DNA from: Burkholderiaceae bacterium
Lineage (GTDB): Bacteria > Pseudomonadota > Gammaproteobacteria > Burkholderiales > Burkholderiaceae_D
Direction of reading: 5' to 3'
Length of the DNA stretch: 64,000 nucleotides
Assembly: GCA_019751755.1 (NCBI GenBank)
Contig: JAIENA010000185.1
Coordinates: 559-64,558 of the forward strand
This document shows positions 26,827 through 36,270 of this stretch, piece after piece. The stretch's first letter is position 1, and each line of letters begins with the position of its first letter. Position numbers and translations under genes: made by a program. The notes below the pieces were generated by a model. The model worked only from the letters and a program-made list of their open reading frames with translations, did not search any database and was not told the origin of the DNA.

Positions 26827-27162
26827 ATGAGAACGGAGCAAATAATGAAGACGCTGAACGGTGCGCGACGCGCTATTGGACTGAGCGGCCAGGGGCTCGG
26901 CTGCAGCCCGGTCGTTATCACCAATACGCTCAGGCAGCTCGATCGCGAGAACTGCTCCGCAGTCCTGCCGCTGACCGTGGCCGCGCTCCAGAGCGTTCTG
27001 GAAAAGAAGGCGCCGGTGTCGGAGAAAGTTGCGGTCGGCTCACTGTCGGAAATCAATGCCGTGCGTGAGCAGGTCAGGCAGCGCATGGCGCAAGAGCAGA
27101 TTGAAAACGTGTCCGATCTGAACGATGAATCGGAAGGGATGGCTCCAAGCCGTCCATCCTGA
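26827..27162 (+). CDS. hypothetical small protein (111 aa), possible regulator
   Basis: Inner ATG of listed ORF 26719..27162. First gene after box D. Confidence 0.45.
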   Translation: MRTEQIMKTLNGARRAIGLSGQGLGCSPVVITNTLRQLDRENCSAVLPLTVAALQSVLEKKAPVSEKVAVGSLSEINAVREQVRQRMAQEQIENVSDLNDESEGMAPSRPS

Positions 27163-27174
27163 TCGGAGCCAGTC

Positions 27175-27402
27175 ATGAGTAGCATCAATCAAGGCACCTC
27201 GATAGCGGTTCGCGCGCTCGACGAGTTGCCCGAAAATCAGCAAGCGCTCTACAGAGCGCGGTATATGGCTGAAGAGACGCGTGAGGCGACCTGTAATCGC
27301 CTGAGAATTGAGCCGGCGCAATACGACCAGTTGCTGGCCGAGACCTTGCGTTCCTTGCGCCGGATGGTGGCTGCCGTTCCCGCCTGCCCTGCAGTCGCTT
27401 AA
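27175..27402 (+). CDS. small sigma-70 region-4 / LuxR-type HTH-like protein (75 aa)
   Basis: LPENQQALYRARYMAEETREATCNRLRIEPAQYDQLLAETLRSLRRMV follows the LPxxQRxxfxLxyxxxxsxxEiaxxLxisxxtVxxxlxrArxxLR pattern of region 4.2. Confidence 0.4.
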   Translation: MSSINQGTSIAVRALDELPENQQALYRARYMAEETREATCNRLRIEPAQYDQLLAETLRSLRRMVAAVPACPAVA

Positions 27403-27412
27403 AGGAATCGAC

Positions 27413-27871
27413 ATGCCAAAAATCGTGACCGATTTCGCCAAAGATGTGCCCGCTGAGCTGGTTGTTACGGAGGGGCGAGACGCCTTCTCTGAACGCGGCC
27501 GTGGTCTTCTGTTTATCGAGATGATCGGCGGCGCTGCCGCCGATCTCGCGTCGCCGGACGGGGAGTTTTACGACGAAACGCTCGCCTGGGTGAAAGACCC
27601 TCGAAACCTCGAAGCTTGGCTCCAAATCGTCGACGCATCGCCGGCGGTGATCCCATCCCTTCAAACTGCATTCCTCGAGCGCCCCAAAGAGTTGAAGGTA
27701 GCGTGCGAGTACCTTTCACGCTCCGCTGCGCGCACTGGCGGCTCCCTGGAACGCTTTATGCGCGCAATGGGTATGGATTCGCTCCAAGGAGCATCGTCTC
27801 TTGGCGATATGGACGAATACGACGAAGTCTCCGGCGCAAACGCGAACGGCCTTTCGGCATCCTCGTTTTAA
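27413..27871 (+). CDS. hypothetical protein (152 aa)
   Basis: ATG 27413 after AAAGGA. Inner part of listed ORF 27308..27871. Confidence 0.5.
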   Translation: MPKIVTDFAKDVPAELVVTEGRDAFSERGRGLLFIEMIGGAAADLASPDGEFYDETLAWVKDPRNLEAWLQIVDASPAVIPSLQTAFLERPKELKVACEYLSRSAARTGGSLERFMRAMGMDSLQGASSLGDMDEYDEVSGANANGLSASSF

Positions 27872-27924
27872 CCTCTTTGCTGGCTGTGACCGGCTGGATA
27901 ACCAGGAGAATAGAATTGAACTTG

Positions 27925-28395
27925 ATGGAAGCGTTGCTCGCAACGGGCGAGCAGGAAGACATCCCCGAAGACCAGCGCACCACCTACTGGCTCGGCGGCG
28001 GCATCATTTATCCCGACGAGCTATTTTCGGCGCAAGGCTTTATGCCGCTTCTCGGACGCATGGCCGAGCGCAAACTGGCCCGTACGCTCACCTCGACCGA
28101 GATCAACTGCGGCTTTTCGTACATCCCTGATCGCGCGGGCATTTTCGGTGAATGTTTCATGGCTGCAGCGCCGACCGGCGGGGTTCTGGAAGACGGCCTC
28201 CGCTTGGCCGCGCTGTGCGAAGCAGCACGCGATGTCCTGGGTATGGGTACGCCCGGCATCATCGACATTACCCTGGTATTCGAATATTTCCGTGCGATGC
28301 CTCGCGAGCAGCGCGCCGATCTGAAGCAGGCAGAAGACAAGGAATTGAAGCAATGGCCGCTCTATCAGCAGATGCAGACCAAGCAAGCGGCGTGA
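27925..28395 (+). CDS. hypothetical protein (about 156 aa)
   Basis: ATG 27925 (or TTG 27916) after AGGAGA at 27905-27910. The upstream part of the listed ORF is Arg-rich and non-coding-looking. Confidence 0.45.
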   Translation: MEALLATGEQEDIPEDQRTTYWLGGGIIYPDELFSAQGFMPLLGRMAERKLARTLTSTEINCGFSYIPDRAGIFGECFMAAAPTGGVLEDGLRLAALCEAARDVLGMGTPGIIDITLVFEYFRAMPREQRADLKQAEDKELKQWPLYQQMQTKQAA

Positions 28396-29420
28396 CGCCG
28401 GCGGCAGACGGCGCCCTAATGCCGCGCGCCCCGGTCGAGTTGGTGCAGAAGGTGATGGAACAGCATTTCCGCTCTGCCGCAGGCGACTCGAAGGATCTTT
28501 ATTCAGCAGCTTGGAAGGACGCGAACGTCTCGATCCGGTATCTGAATCACATGAGCCCACTGATGTTGGGCATCATCCAGCGCCCTGGTACGAACGCTAG
28601 TATGGAGGAGCGCAAGGCTGCGCTGGACTTTATGATTGCCTCGACGGACGGCCTGGCGAAGGTGATGTCCGACCGATTCGGTGTCAATCCGAATGCTAAG
28701 GCCTATGACCGCGTTGAGCTCAACTCGATGCTGTCGCACATCGTCGGCCAGATCTGGGAAAAATCCACTCAAGAAAACCAGCAGGCACGCGTCGACGACT
28801 TCGTGCGGACGGTGGCTGCGGTTTTTGCAGATCCTGAGTTCCTCAACCAGCGCCAGACGCATGCCGAGCTGATGATGAGCAAGATGGGCTATCAGCGGGT
28901 CGATTCGCCGGAAACCATGCAAACCCGGCTCCAACTCGCGATGCACCAGGCGACGCTTCGGTTCTTTGAGGGTATAACCGATCAACGCTTGATGAACTCG
29001 AAGGGTTTGTCTTACACGTTCGGGCAGAAGAAGTCGGCTGTGGTCTCGGCAATGCAAGCAGACTTCGCGGGAGCGATGGATTCCTTCTTGACCGACATAA
29101 AGTTCGCGCCGGCATTGTCGAACGATCAGCGCACGGCTGTCATGCAGTCGTGGATACGTCACGCGTCAGAGATCTACCGCGCAGAATATGTGGCAAGCAC
29201 CCAGCGGGTAATGGCCTGGTTCCGGGCCGGCCAAGCGATTTCCCAGGCGACGTTCGAGGATCGGTTCGTCAAAGCGTCGCAGAGCCTTCCTGATGTGCTG
29301 CACAAGGCGAGGACCGTGACAGTCGAGACGCTTTCTGACCTAGTGGCCGTCGCTGGTTTCGATGCGGTCACGGCGCCAGTAGAACAGGATGAGCCAGGTC
29401 CGAGCGCAGGGTCGCAGTAG
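28353..29420 (+). CDS. hypothetical protein (about 355 aa)
   Basis: ATG 28353 (alternative 28419). The upstream part of listed ORF 28152..29420 is Arg/Gly-rich junk-like. Confidence 0.5.
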   Translation: MAALSADADQASGVTPAADGALMPRAPVELVQKVMEQHFRSAAGDSKDLYSAAWKDANVSIRYLNHMSPLMLGIIQRPGTNASMEERKAALDFMIASTDGLAKVMSDRFGVNPNAKAYDRVELNSMLSHIVGQIWEKSTQENQQARVDDFVRTVAAVFADPEFLNQRQTHAELMMSKMGYQRVDSPETMQTRLQLAMHQATLRFFEGITDQRLMNSKGLSYTFGQKKSAVVSAMQADFAGAMDSFLTDIKFAPALSNDQRTAVMQSWIRHASEIYRAEYVASTQRVMAWFRAGQAISQATFEDRFVKASQSLPDVLHKARTVTVETLSDLVAVAGFDAVTAPVEQDEPGPSAGSQ

Positions 29421-29473
29421 TGGCGTAAGAAATGTTTCCGTGCGACACTTACGTATTCCTCCAAAGGCCAGAA

Positions 29474-30001
29474 ATGAAACGCCAAATTTTTTTACCCACA
29501 TTTGTTCTGTTTTATGTACATAGTACGGGTATAAGTGCTGCCGCCACGTGCAATGAGTTCCGTTCCGACCTGCAGACCATTCAGCAGCAGGTTCGGCAGA
29601 TCGAGAGCAACCGCTCAACCTCCGTCCTGACTGCTGTCCAGCAAGCGAGTCAGGTGATTAAGTCGGGTTGCCTGGACCAGATCTCCGCTGTCGACATGAG
29701 TGCATTCGGATTTACGCCTGGCGCGTCTGCGTTGGTCACGAAGCTGGCCAACCAGGCGTGCCAGAAACTGTCGCAGGAGTTATCTAAAAAAATCAACGAG
29801 GTCCACCAGCAGGCGGTGCAGGGCGTGAACGGCGCGCTCAGTGGGGTGAACATCCCAGGCGTGTCGACCGCCTCGATCATTGGCGCTCCTGGAGGTCTGC
29901 AGCCGTCAATGACGATGAACAGCGAGCCGTCGATGACAAGTCAGGCGGCCGGCTACGTTACCAATGCCTGGGATAAGCTCAAAAACATGATCATGCCCTG
30001 A
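29474..30001 (+). CDS. secreted protein (175 aa)
   Basis: Signal-peptide-like N-terminus MKRQIFLPTFVLFYVHSTGISAA. Confidence 0.5.
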   Translation: MKRQIFLPTFVLFYVHSTGISAAATCNEFRSDLQTIQQQVRQIESNRSTSVLTAVQQASQVIKSGCLDQISAVDMSAFGFTPGASALVTKLANQACQKLSQELSKKINEVHQQAVQGVNGALSGVNIPGVSTASIIGAPGGLQPSMTMNSEPSMTSQAAGYVTNAWDKLKNMIMP

Positions 30002-30009
30002 GGTGCGCA

Positions 30010-31296
30010 ATGCGATATAAGAAAACCATAATTGCTTTGGCCGCGATCGCGACCGTGAGCGCATCTACATCTTCCTTCGCGATTGGCGACTCCGCAGTCC
30101 TGGCTCCCTTGATTAACCTGACGACGGCAGCAGTGAACGCCACAACTGGTGCGGTCACTGCGGGCTTCTCGACCATCGGCCAGCAACTGCTTCGCATCGA
30201 GAACGTGATGACCGCTAATTCTGCGAAGGTTGCGAATCAGATCGCGGAAGCGAGCCAGAATCAGGTTGAGCGCAACATCGATATTGAGCGCACTAAGCAA
30301 GCTGTCGACCTGGAACGCAAGACCAGGTTGCCACTCGACCCATGCGCCAATGCTTCCCGCGGCCTGGCCGATCCGAGCTTCGATCGGATCAATCCAGGCT
30401 TCCGTGGCGCCAACGGCGGCGCCTTCGGTCCACGTGGGTCCGGCGGTGGCGGCGGCCGGCCATCCACAGGATCCTCTTCGATGGATAAGGCTGTCGCGAT
30501 CGCACGCAATGACGACTTCGCGCCACCGCCGGAGGTGCAGGCCGTCATGGCGCAGCGCGGCGCGTGCGAGGCGTACGCCAGCGGAAAGGTGCGCGCCCAG
30601 TCGTGCACCTGGGCCGGCACTACGCCTTCCGTCTCGACGGGTCTTCCAGATGCCGACATCCGCGCTTCGACAATTTTCGACGGCGCCCAGACAACGGCCG
30701 ATCAGGGCAAAGTTTCGCTTTCGTTCAGCGACAAGCAACTGGCGGCCGCCACCGCGTACGTGCGTAATCTCTCGGCGCCGGTGCAGCTGCGCGACCTGAC
30801 CCAGGTCGAAGCAAAGACTGATGAGGGCCGCCGTTATCTCGCCCTTCGCGACAGCTACCAGGCGCGGGTCGACCTGGCCATGCGTCCAATCGAGGAGTGG
30901 ACGAGCAATCGCACGAAGTACGCGGCAACCATCCCGATCCTGAAGGCGATGCAGGAGGGCGGTGGCGCGGCAGCGCGCTACCTCGCCCAGCACCTCCCCG
31001 AGGCAGCTCCGGACTGGCAGAGCAAGGGAATCTCCCTGCACCACCTGCAGTACATCGATGCAGCGCGCCGCTATGACAACCCCGAGTGGATCAAGGAGAT
31101 CGGCGCGGCTGATGAAGTGACGCTCCAGCGAGAGCAGCTGCTGCTCTCGGCGCAGATGGCGAGTCTGATGTCGAAGAGCCTGATGGAGACGCAGAAAGCG
31201 AATGCGCTACTGGGCGTCGTCTACCAGGCATCGCTTAACAAGGACTTCATGCCCGAACTGGCCGCCCAGCACAAGCGGGCGACGTCGACGCGCTAG
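30010..31296 (+). CDS. secreted protein (428 aa), possible periplasmic transfer component
   Basis: Signal peptide MRYKKTIIALAAIATVSASTSSFA and a Gly-rich internal segment. Confidence 0.55.
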   Translation: MRYKKTIIALAAIATVSASTSSFAIGDSAVLAPLINLTTAAVNATTGAVTAGFSTIGQQLLRIENVMTANSAKVANQIAEASQNQVERNIDIERTKQAVDLERKTRLPLDPCANASRGLADPSFDRINPGFRGANGGAFGPRGSGGGGGRPSTGSSSMDKAVAIARNDDFAPPPEVQAVMAQRGACEAYASGKVRAQSCTWAGTTPSVSTGLPDADIRASTIFDGAQTTADQGKVSLSFSDKQLAAATAYVRNLSAPVQLRDLTQVEAKTDEGRRYLALRDSYQARVDLAMRPIEEWTSNRTKYAATIPILKAMQEGGGAAARYLAQHLPEAAPDWQSKGISLHHLQYIDAARRYDNPEWIKEIGAADEVTLQREQLLLSAQMASLMSKSLMETQKANALLGVVYQASLNKDFMPELAAQHKRATSTR

Positions 31297-31352
31297 GAAT
31301 GGCAGGCTCCAGCCAACCCGTCTAACAGCTGCTTCTGCAGTGTCAGTCGAAA

Positions 31353-31377
31353 AGGCCGGGTTCATCGGCCTTTTTTT
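31353..31377 (+). terminator. rho-independent terminator
   Basis: AGGCCG / CGGCCT stem followed by TTTTTTT. Confidence 0.7.
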
Positions 31378-31397
31378 GTGCCCCAATTAAGCACGAT

Positions 31398-31781
31398 ATG
31401 AAAAATAATCCACATTACGCCCCTGGAAATCTCCTCGACATGCTCTTGCATGTACTTCGGGTCAAAAACGACCGACATCTCGCAGCGCGCTTCAGTGTAT
31501 TGCCGTCTCAGATCTGCAAGATTCGCAAACGCCGTGCGCCGATTTCGGCGGCCTTCCTGATCAATATGCACGAGGAGACAGGGCTCGGCCTGGCCGTGCT
31601 ACGGGCCCTGATGGGAGATTTCCGGGAACATACGGGTCGGTCGGCGAAGCACCCTGCCGTTCCACCGCCAGAGCGCCTGCAGGAGTTGCAGCGGCTTCAT
31701 GACCTGCACCGGCAGCCTTGCATAGGGCTACCAATAAAACGTTTAGCCAGCCACCTGGGGCAAGCCAACTCCGCAATCTAA
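31398..31781 (+). CDS. HTH transcriptional regulator-like protein (127 aa)
   Basis: LLHVLRVKNDRHLAARFSVLPSQICKIRKRRAPISAAFLINMHEETG resembles Cro/CI-like HTH proteins of mobile elements. Confidence 0.45.
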   Translation: MKNNPHYAPGNLLDMLLHVLRVKNDRHLAARFSVLPSQICKIRKRRAPISAAFLINMHEETGLGLAVLRALMGDFREHTGRSAKHPAVPPPERLQELQRLHDLHRQPCIGLPIKRLASHLGQANSAI

Positions 31782-31905
31782 GGAGCCCTTGATCTGCACA
31801 AAAAGCCCATTACTTTCGAATCGTGGGGGGCAATGGGCGGCTAATGAGCATCAGGATTCCTCAAAAAACACGAAGGAAATCTGAAGTTATGCCTCCTGGG
31901 GAAAG

Positions 31906-32844
31906 CTACTTCGCCCCTTCCTTCTTGGCTTTGTCCTTCGCTTCCTTGATGGCCTTCGCGGAACTGAGCACTGTGTTGACGTAGTCCATCGTCGTTGGCA
32001 AAGCGGCATCTTCGGCAACTACGTCGGCGCCGCAGCTTGCGCCGAATATCACCTTCCCTTTGTCAGGGAGCCGAAGTTGCTCTACCCAACCAGGTTCAGC
32101 TACGCGAACCGATGCGCTGCCTTGTAGGTCTGGTACTGCGGTATTCTTGACCTGTATGGTCACCGTTCGGCATGCACTGTAAAAAACCGAATCCGATTCG
32201 AACGGGAATGACGTAGGTGCCTGAATTGCATTCAACGGACGTGCGGAGATCACAACATCTGCGGTGTATGGGGTCGGAGCCCCGCCGTCGGCTACATGTC
32301 CACCTTTGGGGAACTTGAAGTCGGTGCAAACGACCTTGCCGTCCAACGCCGCTAAGCACTCCTTGGAAGTAAGCAACTCAGTCAGGGTTATCGCACCGGG
32401 GGCCTTAGATTTTGCAGACTTAGAATCGTCAATGGCGCCTGCAGCGAACAGGGGGATCGCATTAACGAGCGCGCTGGATACATCGGAGATAAGCTGCCTT
32501 CGAGTGTCCGCGATTTCGGAACCCAATTCCTGTAGGAGTAGGGTGTCGTTACGGTGCGTTGCTTTGATAGCCGTCTTGACGCCCCAATTGTCCATTACCC
32601 CCGTTCCGGAGATAGTGTAGGTCTTCGTCTCAAGTGGGACCGGAACAGACATAATCACCAGTTTGGAGGTATTTTCGGCCTTTACTGGCCCAATAGCCTC
32701 TACTGCGTAGTCAAACTTTATCAAAGATTCGGCCAGTTGGAAACGTACTCCTTTGTCGCCAGCCTTGGCTTCGTCATACTTGACCTTCGGCGCCGCACAT
32801 CCTGCCAATACAGCGGCTGCTCCGAATAATAGTACGATCTTCAT
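31906..32844 (-). CDS. lipoprotein (312 aa)
   Basis: MKIVLLFGAAAVLAGC lipobox. Visibly lower GC than the flanks. Confidence 0.65.
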   Translation of the reverse strand: MKIVLLFGAAAVLAGCAAPKVKYDEAKAGDKGVRFQLAESLIKFDYAVEAIGPVKAENTSKLVIMSVPVPLETKTYTISGTGVMDNWGVKTAIKATHRNDTLLLQELGSEIADTRRQLISDVSSALVNAIPLFAAGAIDDSKSAKSKAPGAITLTELLTSKECLAALDGKVVCTDFKFPKGGHVADGGAPTPYTADVVISARPLNAIQAPTSFPFESDSVFYSACRTVTIQVKNTAVPDLQGSASVRVAEPGWVEQLRLPDKGKVIFGASCGADVVAEDAALPTTMDYVNTVLSSAKAIKEAKDKAKKEGAK

Positions 32845-32867
32845 ATTTTATACCCCTGTTGGTATTG

Positions 32868-33680
32868 TTAATGTCCTGGTATCAGAAGCTCATCGAACTT
32901 CGTCGTCAGCATTTTCGAATGTTCTTTACACTCCTTTCTGATTTTGTTCAGTGATCGCCGATCATGAAGCGGGGCTTTGAGCTTTGGAATATCAGCAAAG
33001 CTGCGCTCAAACTGCCCAATGTATAGCCGTGCCGGCATGGGGCCAGGTACAAAAGGTCCTCGATCCATTGTCTTTAGGCCATCCTTTCCATATACCGCTT
33101 GGATAGCTCTCCCCTGATCAGTCACCCAGGCTAGCGTCCCGCCGGGCAGGACTTGGCGAGGCGACTTGATATTGCCGCAAAAGCTGTACGTCTTACCGGG
33201 AGAAGGTGCGGTATCGAAATACCAGGGAAAACAGAAGTCTGATACCACCCAGCCGCCCATCTGATAGGAATAGTGGTAGTCTTGACAGGGGTCGCATACC
33301 TCCAGGATGTACTTGCATGGAGCAGAGTCGTCCGGGGTTCGGCCAGCGACGAATTCGTTGGCGCTCGGATCGATCAACATCTCCAAAATTTCATGACTAG
33401 CTGCCAGCGACCATAGCGGTCCGGCCTGAACGACCGCATAGGGCAATCCATCCTCGGTGAAGTGAAAGCCTGAGAGGCCGCCGCCGACATTATCGACAAC
33501 GAAAATTGGTGTATAGCCCAACTGGGGCGTAGCACTGGCACCGACGACTGCGGAGCGCTTCCAAACCGGTGCAAAATCCCGCAGTATCTGTTCCTGAATG
33601 GCTAGTGCAGCAGAAGAGGCCTTCGCCACGCTTAGCGACGACGTTCGCGGAATGATAGTGACTTTCGCTAAAGTCCCCAT
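32868..33680 (-). CDS. hypothetical protein (270 aa)
   Basis: ATG 33680 after TAAGGAATC. Cys-rich middle region, lower GC. No family recognised. Confidence 0.55.
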   Translation of the reverse strand: MGTLAKVTIIPRTSSLSVAKASSAALAIQEQILRDFAPVWKRSAVVGASATPQLGYTPIFVVDNVGGGLSGFHFTEDGLPYAVVQAGPLWSLAASHEILEMLIDPSANEFVAGRTPDDSAPCKYILEVCDPCQDYHYSYQMGGWVVSDFCFPWYFDTAPSPGKTYSFCGNIKSPRQVLPGGTLAWVTDQGRAIQAVYGKDGLKTMDRGPFVPGPMPARLYIGQFERSFADIPKLKAPLHDRRSLNKIRKECKEHSKMLTTKFDELLIPGH

Positions 33681-33816
33681 TTTAGATTCCTTATGATGGC
33701 TTATTTCAGCAATATAGCCATTACCCACGCTAAGCAATCTCTCACATTGTCACTTCAGCAATTACGCAACAAACTAATTAAAAATAAGACATGTCCCGCC
33801 AGGTATTCGCCGCAGA

Positions 33817-34638
33817 CTATAAGGTGGTTAGAACCAGGACCCGCCGATCCGTCTCGACCATACCTTTTGTAGCGTCGGTGCCCATCAGTATTTCGCCGTT
33901 GGGGAGTGATGCTCCGTTTTTGACCCGGCGTCCGTTCTGCATGACGATCCCGTCAGGAAGAACCTCCCGAATGCCCAGCTTCTCGCCATTCGCGATGTCG
34001 GTCGGCTTGCCTTCGGCTGCCTTGCTCAAGCCGATCCTGGTGTCGCCGTCGGGCTTTGCCGAGGGAATTGCATCTGGCGACCTGGCCTGCTGGCGTTTAT
34101 CCGGCGCCGCAGGAGTCAGCGCCATGCTATCGGCCGCTGGGCCAGGTGCAGGGCCTGGCACTGAAGGTGCGGCCGCGAGCTGGGCTTTTGCTGGTGGCGC
34201 GGCCGTAACGATGCCAGCGCCACCTGGTGGTGCAATTCCCGTATGTTCGGCCTTTGCGGTGACCATCGCCGGCGCCGCAGCCGTGCCATGGGATACATTC
34301 GGCTTCCGCATGGCCGTGGACGCGACCTGGGGCGGATCGTGCGGTACCCGGCTGCCAAGTTCCTTCTGCTGTACCGGGATGCTTTGGGGGTGCGAGGGTG
34401 CTGGCATATGCAGTTGCGTCGCCGCCAGCTCTATCTCGTAGGACGATATGGAAACGCGGGGAGCAGGGTCGACCAGGTGATAGACCACTGCGCCCAGCAG
34501 CGCGCCCGTGGTGAGCATGCAGGTGACGCCACCGAGGAGCATGCCAGCGCGGTGGGGCGACTTCATCCACCTATAGTCTTGGGGAACATATGGCTCCCCG
34601 AGCGCATCTTCGGCCCAGTAGCGATTAAACTCGGTCAT
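33817..34638 (-). CDS. bitopic membrane protein with Ala/Pro-rich linker and small beta-rich C-terminal domain
   Basis: ATG 34638 overlaps the upstream stop (ATGA). TM helix AGMLLGGVTCMLTTGALLGAVVY. Confidence 0.5.
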   Translation of the reverse strand: MTEFNRYWAEDALGEPYVPQDYRWMKSPHRAGMLLGGVTCMLTTGALLGAVVYHLVDPAPRVSISSYEIELAATQLHMPAPSHPQSIPVQQKELGSRVPHDPPQVASTAMRKPNVSHGTAAAPAMVTAKAEHTGIAPPGGAGIVTAAPPAKAQLAAAPSVPGPAPGPAADSMALTPAAPDKRQQARSPDAIPSAKPDGDTRIGLSKAAEGKPTDIANGEKLGIREVLPDGIVMQNGRRVKNGASLPNGEILMGTDATKGMVETDRRVLVLTTL

Positions 34639-34955
34639 TCCGGGGCGCTTTTCGACTTCTGTTCGGCGAACCTCAACACTTCCGCCAGTGGCCAGAGCAG
34701 CCGTCCACTCTTTCGAGTCGGTACCGGCAAACCGGCTGGCGGCACCTGCAGCTTGCGCACGGCACGTTCCTCGCTGGAGAGTGAGTTCAGCCAAACGTAA
34801 TTGCGCAGGGTCGCCTCCGAAAAGCCCATCAATACGGCCGCCTCCGGCGTGCTGATTGGTTCCTGATCCGCCTGAACTCCAGCGACCTGTGCTGCTATCA
34901 CCCGGGCGGCCGCATTGGCTCTGCTAAATACGGAGTGCATGGCTTTGACCACCAC
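34635..34955 (-). CDS. AlpA/excisionase-type (MerR-like) HTH protein
   Basis: ISTPEAAVLMGFSEATLRNY...PTRKSGRLLWPLAEVLRF fits the AlpA/Xis HTH pattern. Confidence 0.5.
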   Translation of the reverse strand: MVVKAMHSVFSRANAAARVIAAQVAGVQADQEPISTPEAAVLMGFSEATLRNYVWLNSLSSEERAVRKLQVPPAGLPVPTRKSGRLLWPLAEVLRFAEQKSKSAPE

Positions 34956-36270
34956 GAAGCGCTTGTTGGATGACCCTGTCCTGTACTCGCGTCGGGCGTG
35001 AGGCAGCTGCTCCAGCTGCAGGTGCCGTTGGTGCGACGGTACCAGGCGCGGGCGTGTCTGGTACCTTTGGCAGCTGTGGGAGGGTCGACGTGTACCGCGC
35101 CGTCTGCGCCCGCCAGAAGAGCTGTATCAGCGCGCCGGGAAGCTGGCGAGACCAATGGAGGATCGCGGAGTTCTCCTGCTGCTGGGCGACCATCAGCGCA
35201 CTCATCCGCGCGGCATGATCAATCAGTCTGCTCATCGCGCCCGGCAGGTCCGCAGCCGGCTCGACAACTTGCATGTCGACAGGTGCGTTGTGTCGAGCAA
35301 GGGCCTCCGACAGGCGGTTGCGAGTACTGAGCATTGATTCGTGCCACGACGCGACGACTTCCCGCGATGCGCTGGTGGTGGCGTCATGCGGGGCGGTCTC
35401 ATCAAGCAAGCGCAGGAATGGCTCGACGTCGCGCTCAGCGCGGTGCAGTAGGTCGAATAGGCGATGCGCGGCTTCGATTCGCGGGTCGGCCTTGATCTGC
35501 TCCTGGGTACTTGCGGCAACTCCGGCCGCGTGAGCGCGTTCTCGCTCGGCGGCTTCTGCAGCAGCAGCCTGGGCGGCACGTTCATGTTCGAGTCGCTGAG
35601 CCTCCTCACGTGCGGCAGCTGCCGCACGCTCTTGCTCTACTGCGCGCGCGAACTCGGTGTCACGCTTTGCTTGTGATGCTTTTCGATCGCGGCGACGAAG
35701 CAGTGCAAAAGCGAGGATCGACAAGGCCGCTACGCTAATGCCGAGATACAGGGGCCAATACGAAGGTTTCTCTCGTTGTAGAGCTGGCGGTGCCGAGATA
35801 GACGTCGGCGCCCGAGCGGCCGGCGCTGACGTCGAGTTTTCAATCTCCGCGCGGCCAGGCTCTTGTGATAGGGCCATCGGTCCCTCCAGTCGAGGGTGAT
35901 GTAGATCCTGGCCAGCTTCGGGCGCAACGCCGGTATCCCGTGAGGCAAGGCTACGCGGCGATAGAGCGGTGACTTTGCTGGCGGTGGTGTCTTCCGAAGG
36001 CGCAGCTGCAGGCTCAAGGCGAGCCACATTCGGCTCCGGAGCCGCGTGCGCAGTACGAATCACCCCTTGCTTTGACCGCTCTGTGGGCGGCTGGGGAGAG
36101 GCATTGTGAGCAGAAGCGGCGGCTCGCCCCGAAAAGTGCTGCTCATCTCTGGCGAAAGAGTGGCGGGGCTCTCCACCATGCGAGCAGGCGGAAAACGACG
36201 CCAGCAGGGCCAGTGCGATGACGCGCTGCGCCCCGTGCGGCCGCGATGGCGTGTTCCGGATGTTAACCAT
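34924..36270 (-). CDS. membrane-anchored coiled-coil protein (448 aa)
   Basis: N-terminal signal/lipoprotein-like segment (ALALLASFSAC), central TM helix (YWPLYLGISVAALSILAFALL), then an Ala/Glu/Arg-rich coiled region. Confidence 0.5.
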   Translation of the reverse strand: MVNIRNTPSRPHGAQRVIALALLASFSACSHGGEPRHSFARDEQHFSGRAAASAHNASPQPPTERSKQGVIRTAHAAPEPNVARLEPAAAPSEDTTASKVTALSPRSLASRDTGVAPEAGQDLHHPRLEGPMALSQEPGRAEIENSTSAPAARAPTSISAPPALQREKPSYWPLYLGISVAALSILAFALLRRRDRKASQAKRDTEFARAVEQERAAAAAREEAQRLEHERAAQAAAAEAAERERAHAAGVAASTQEQIKADPRIEAAHRLFDLLHRAERDVEPFLRLLDETAPHDATTSASREVVASWHESMLSTRNRLSEALARHNAPVDMQVVEPAADLPGAMSRLIDHAARMSALMVAQQQENSAILHWSRQLPGALIQLFWRAQTARYTSTLPQLPKVPDTPAPGTVAPTAPAAGAAASRPTRVQDRVIQQALRGGQSHALRI

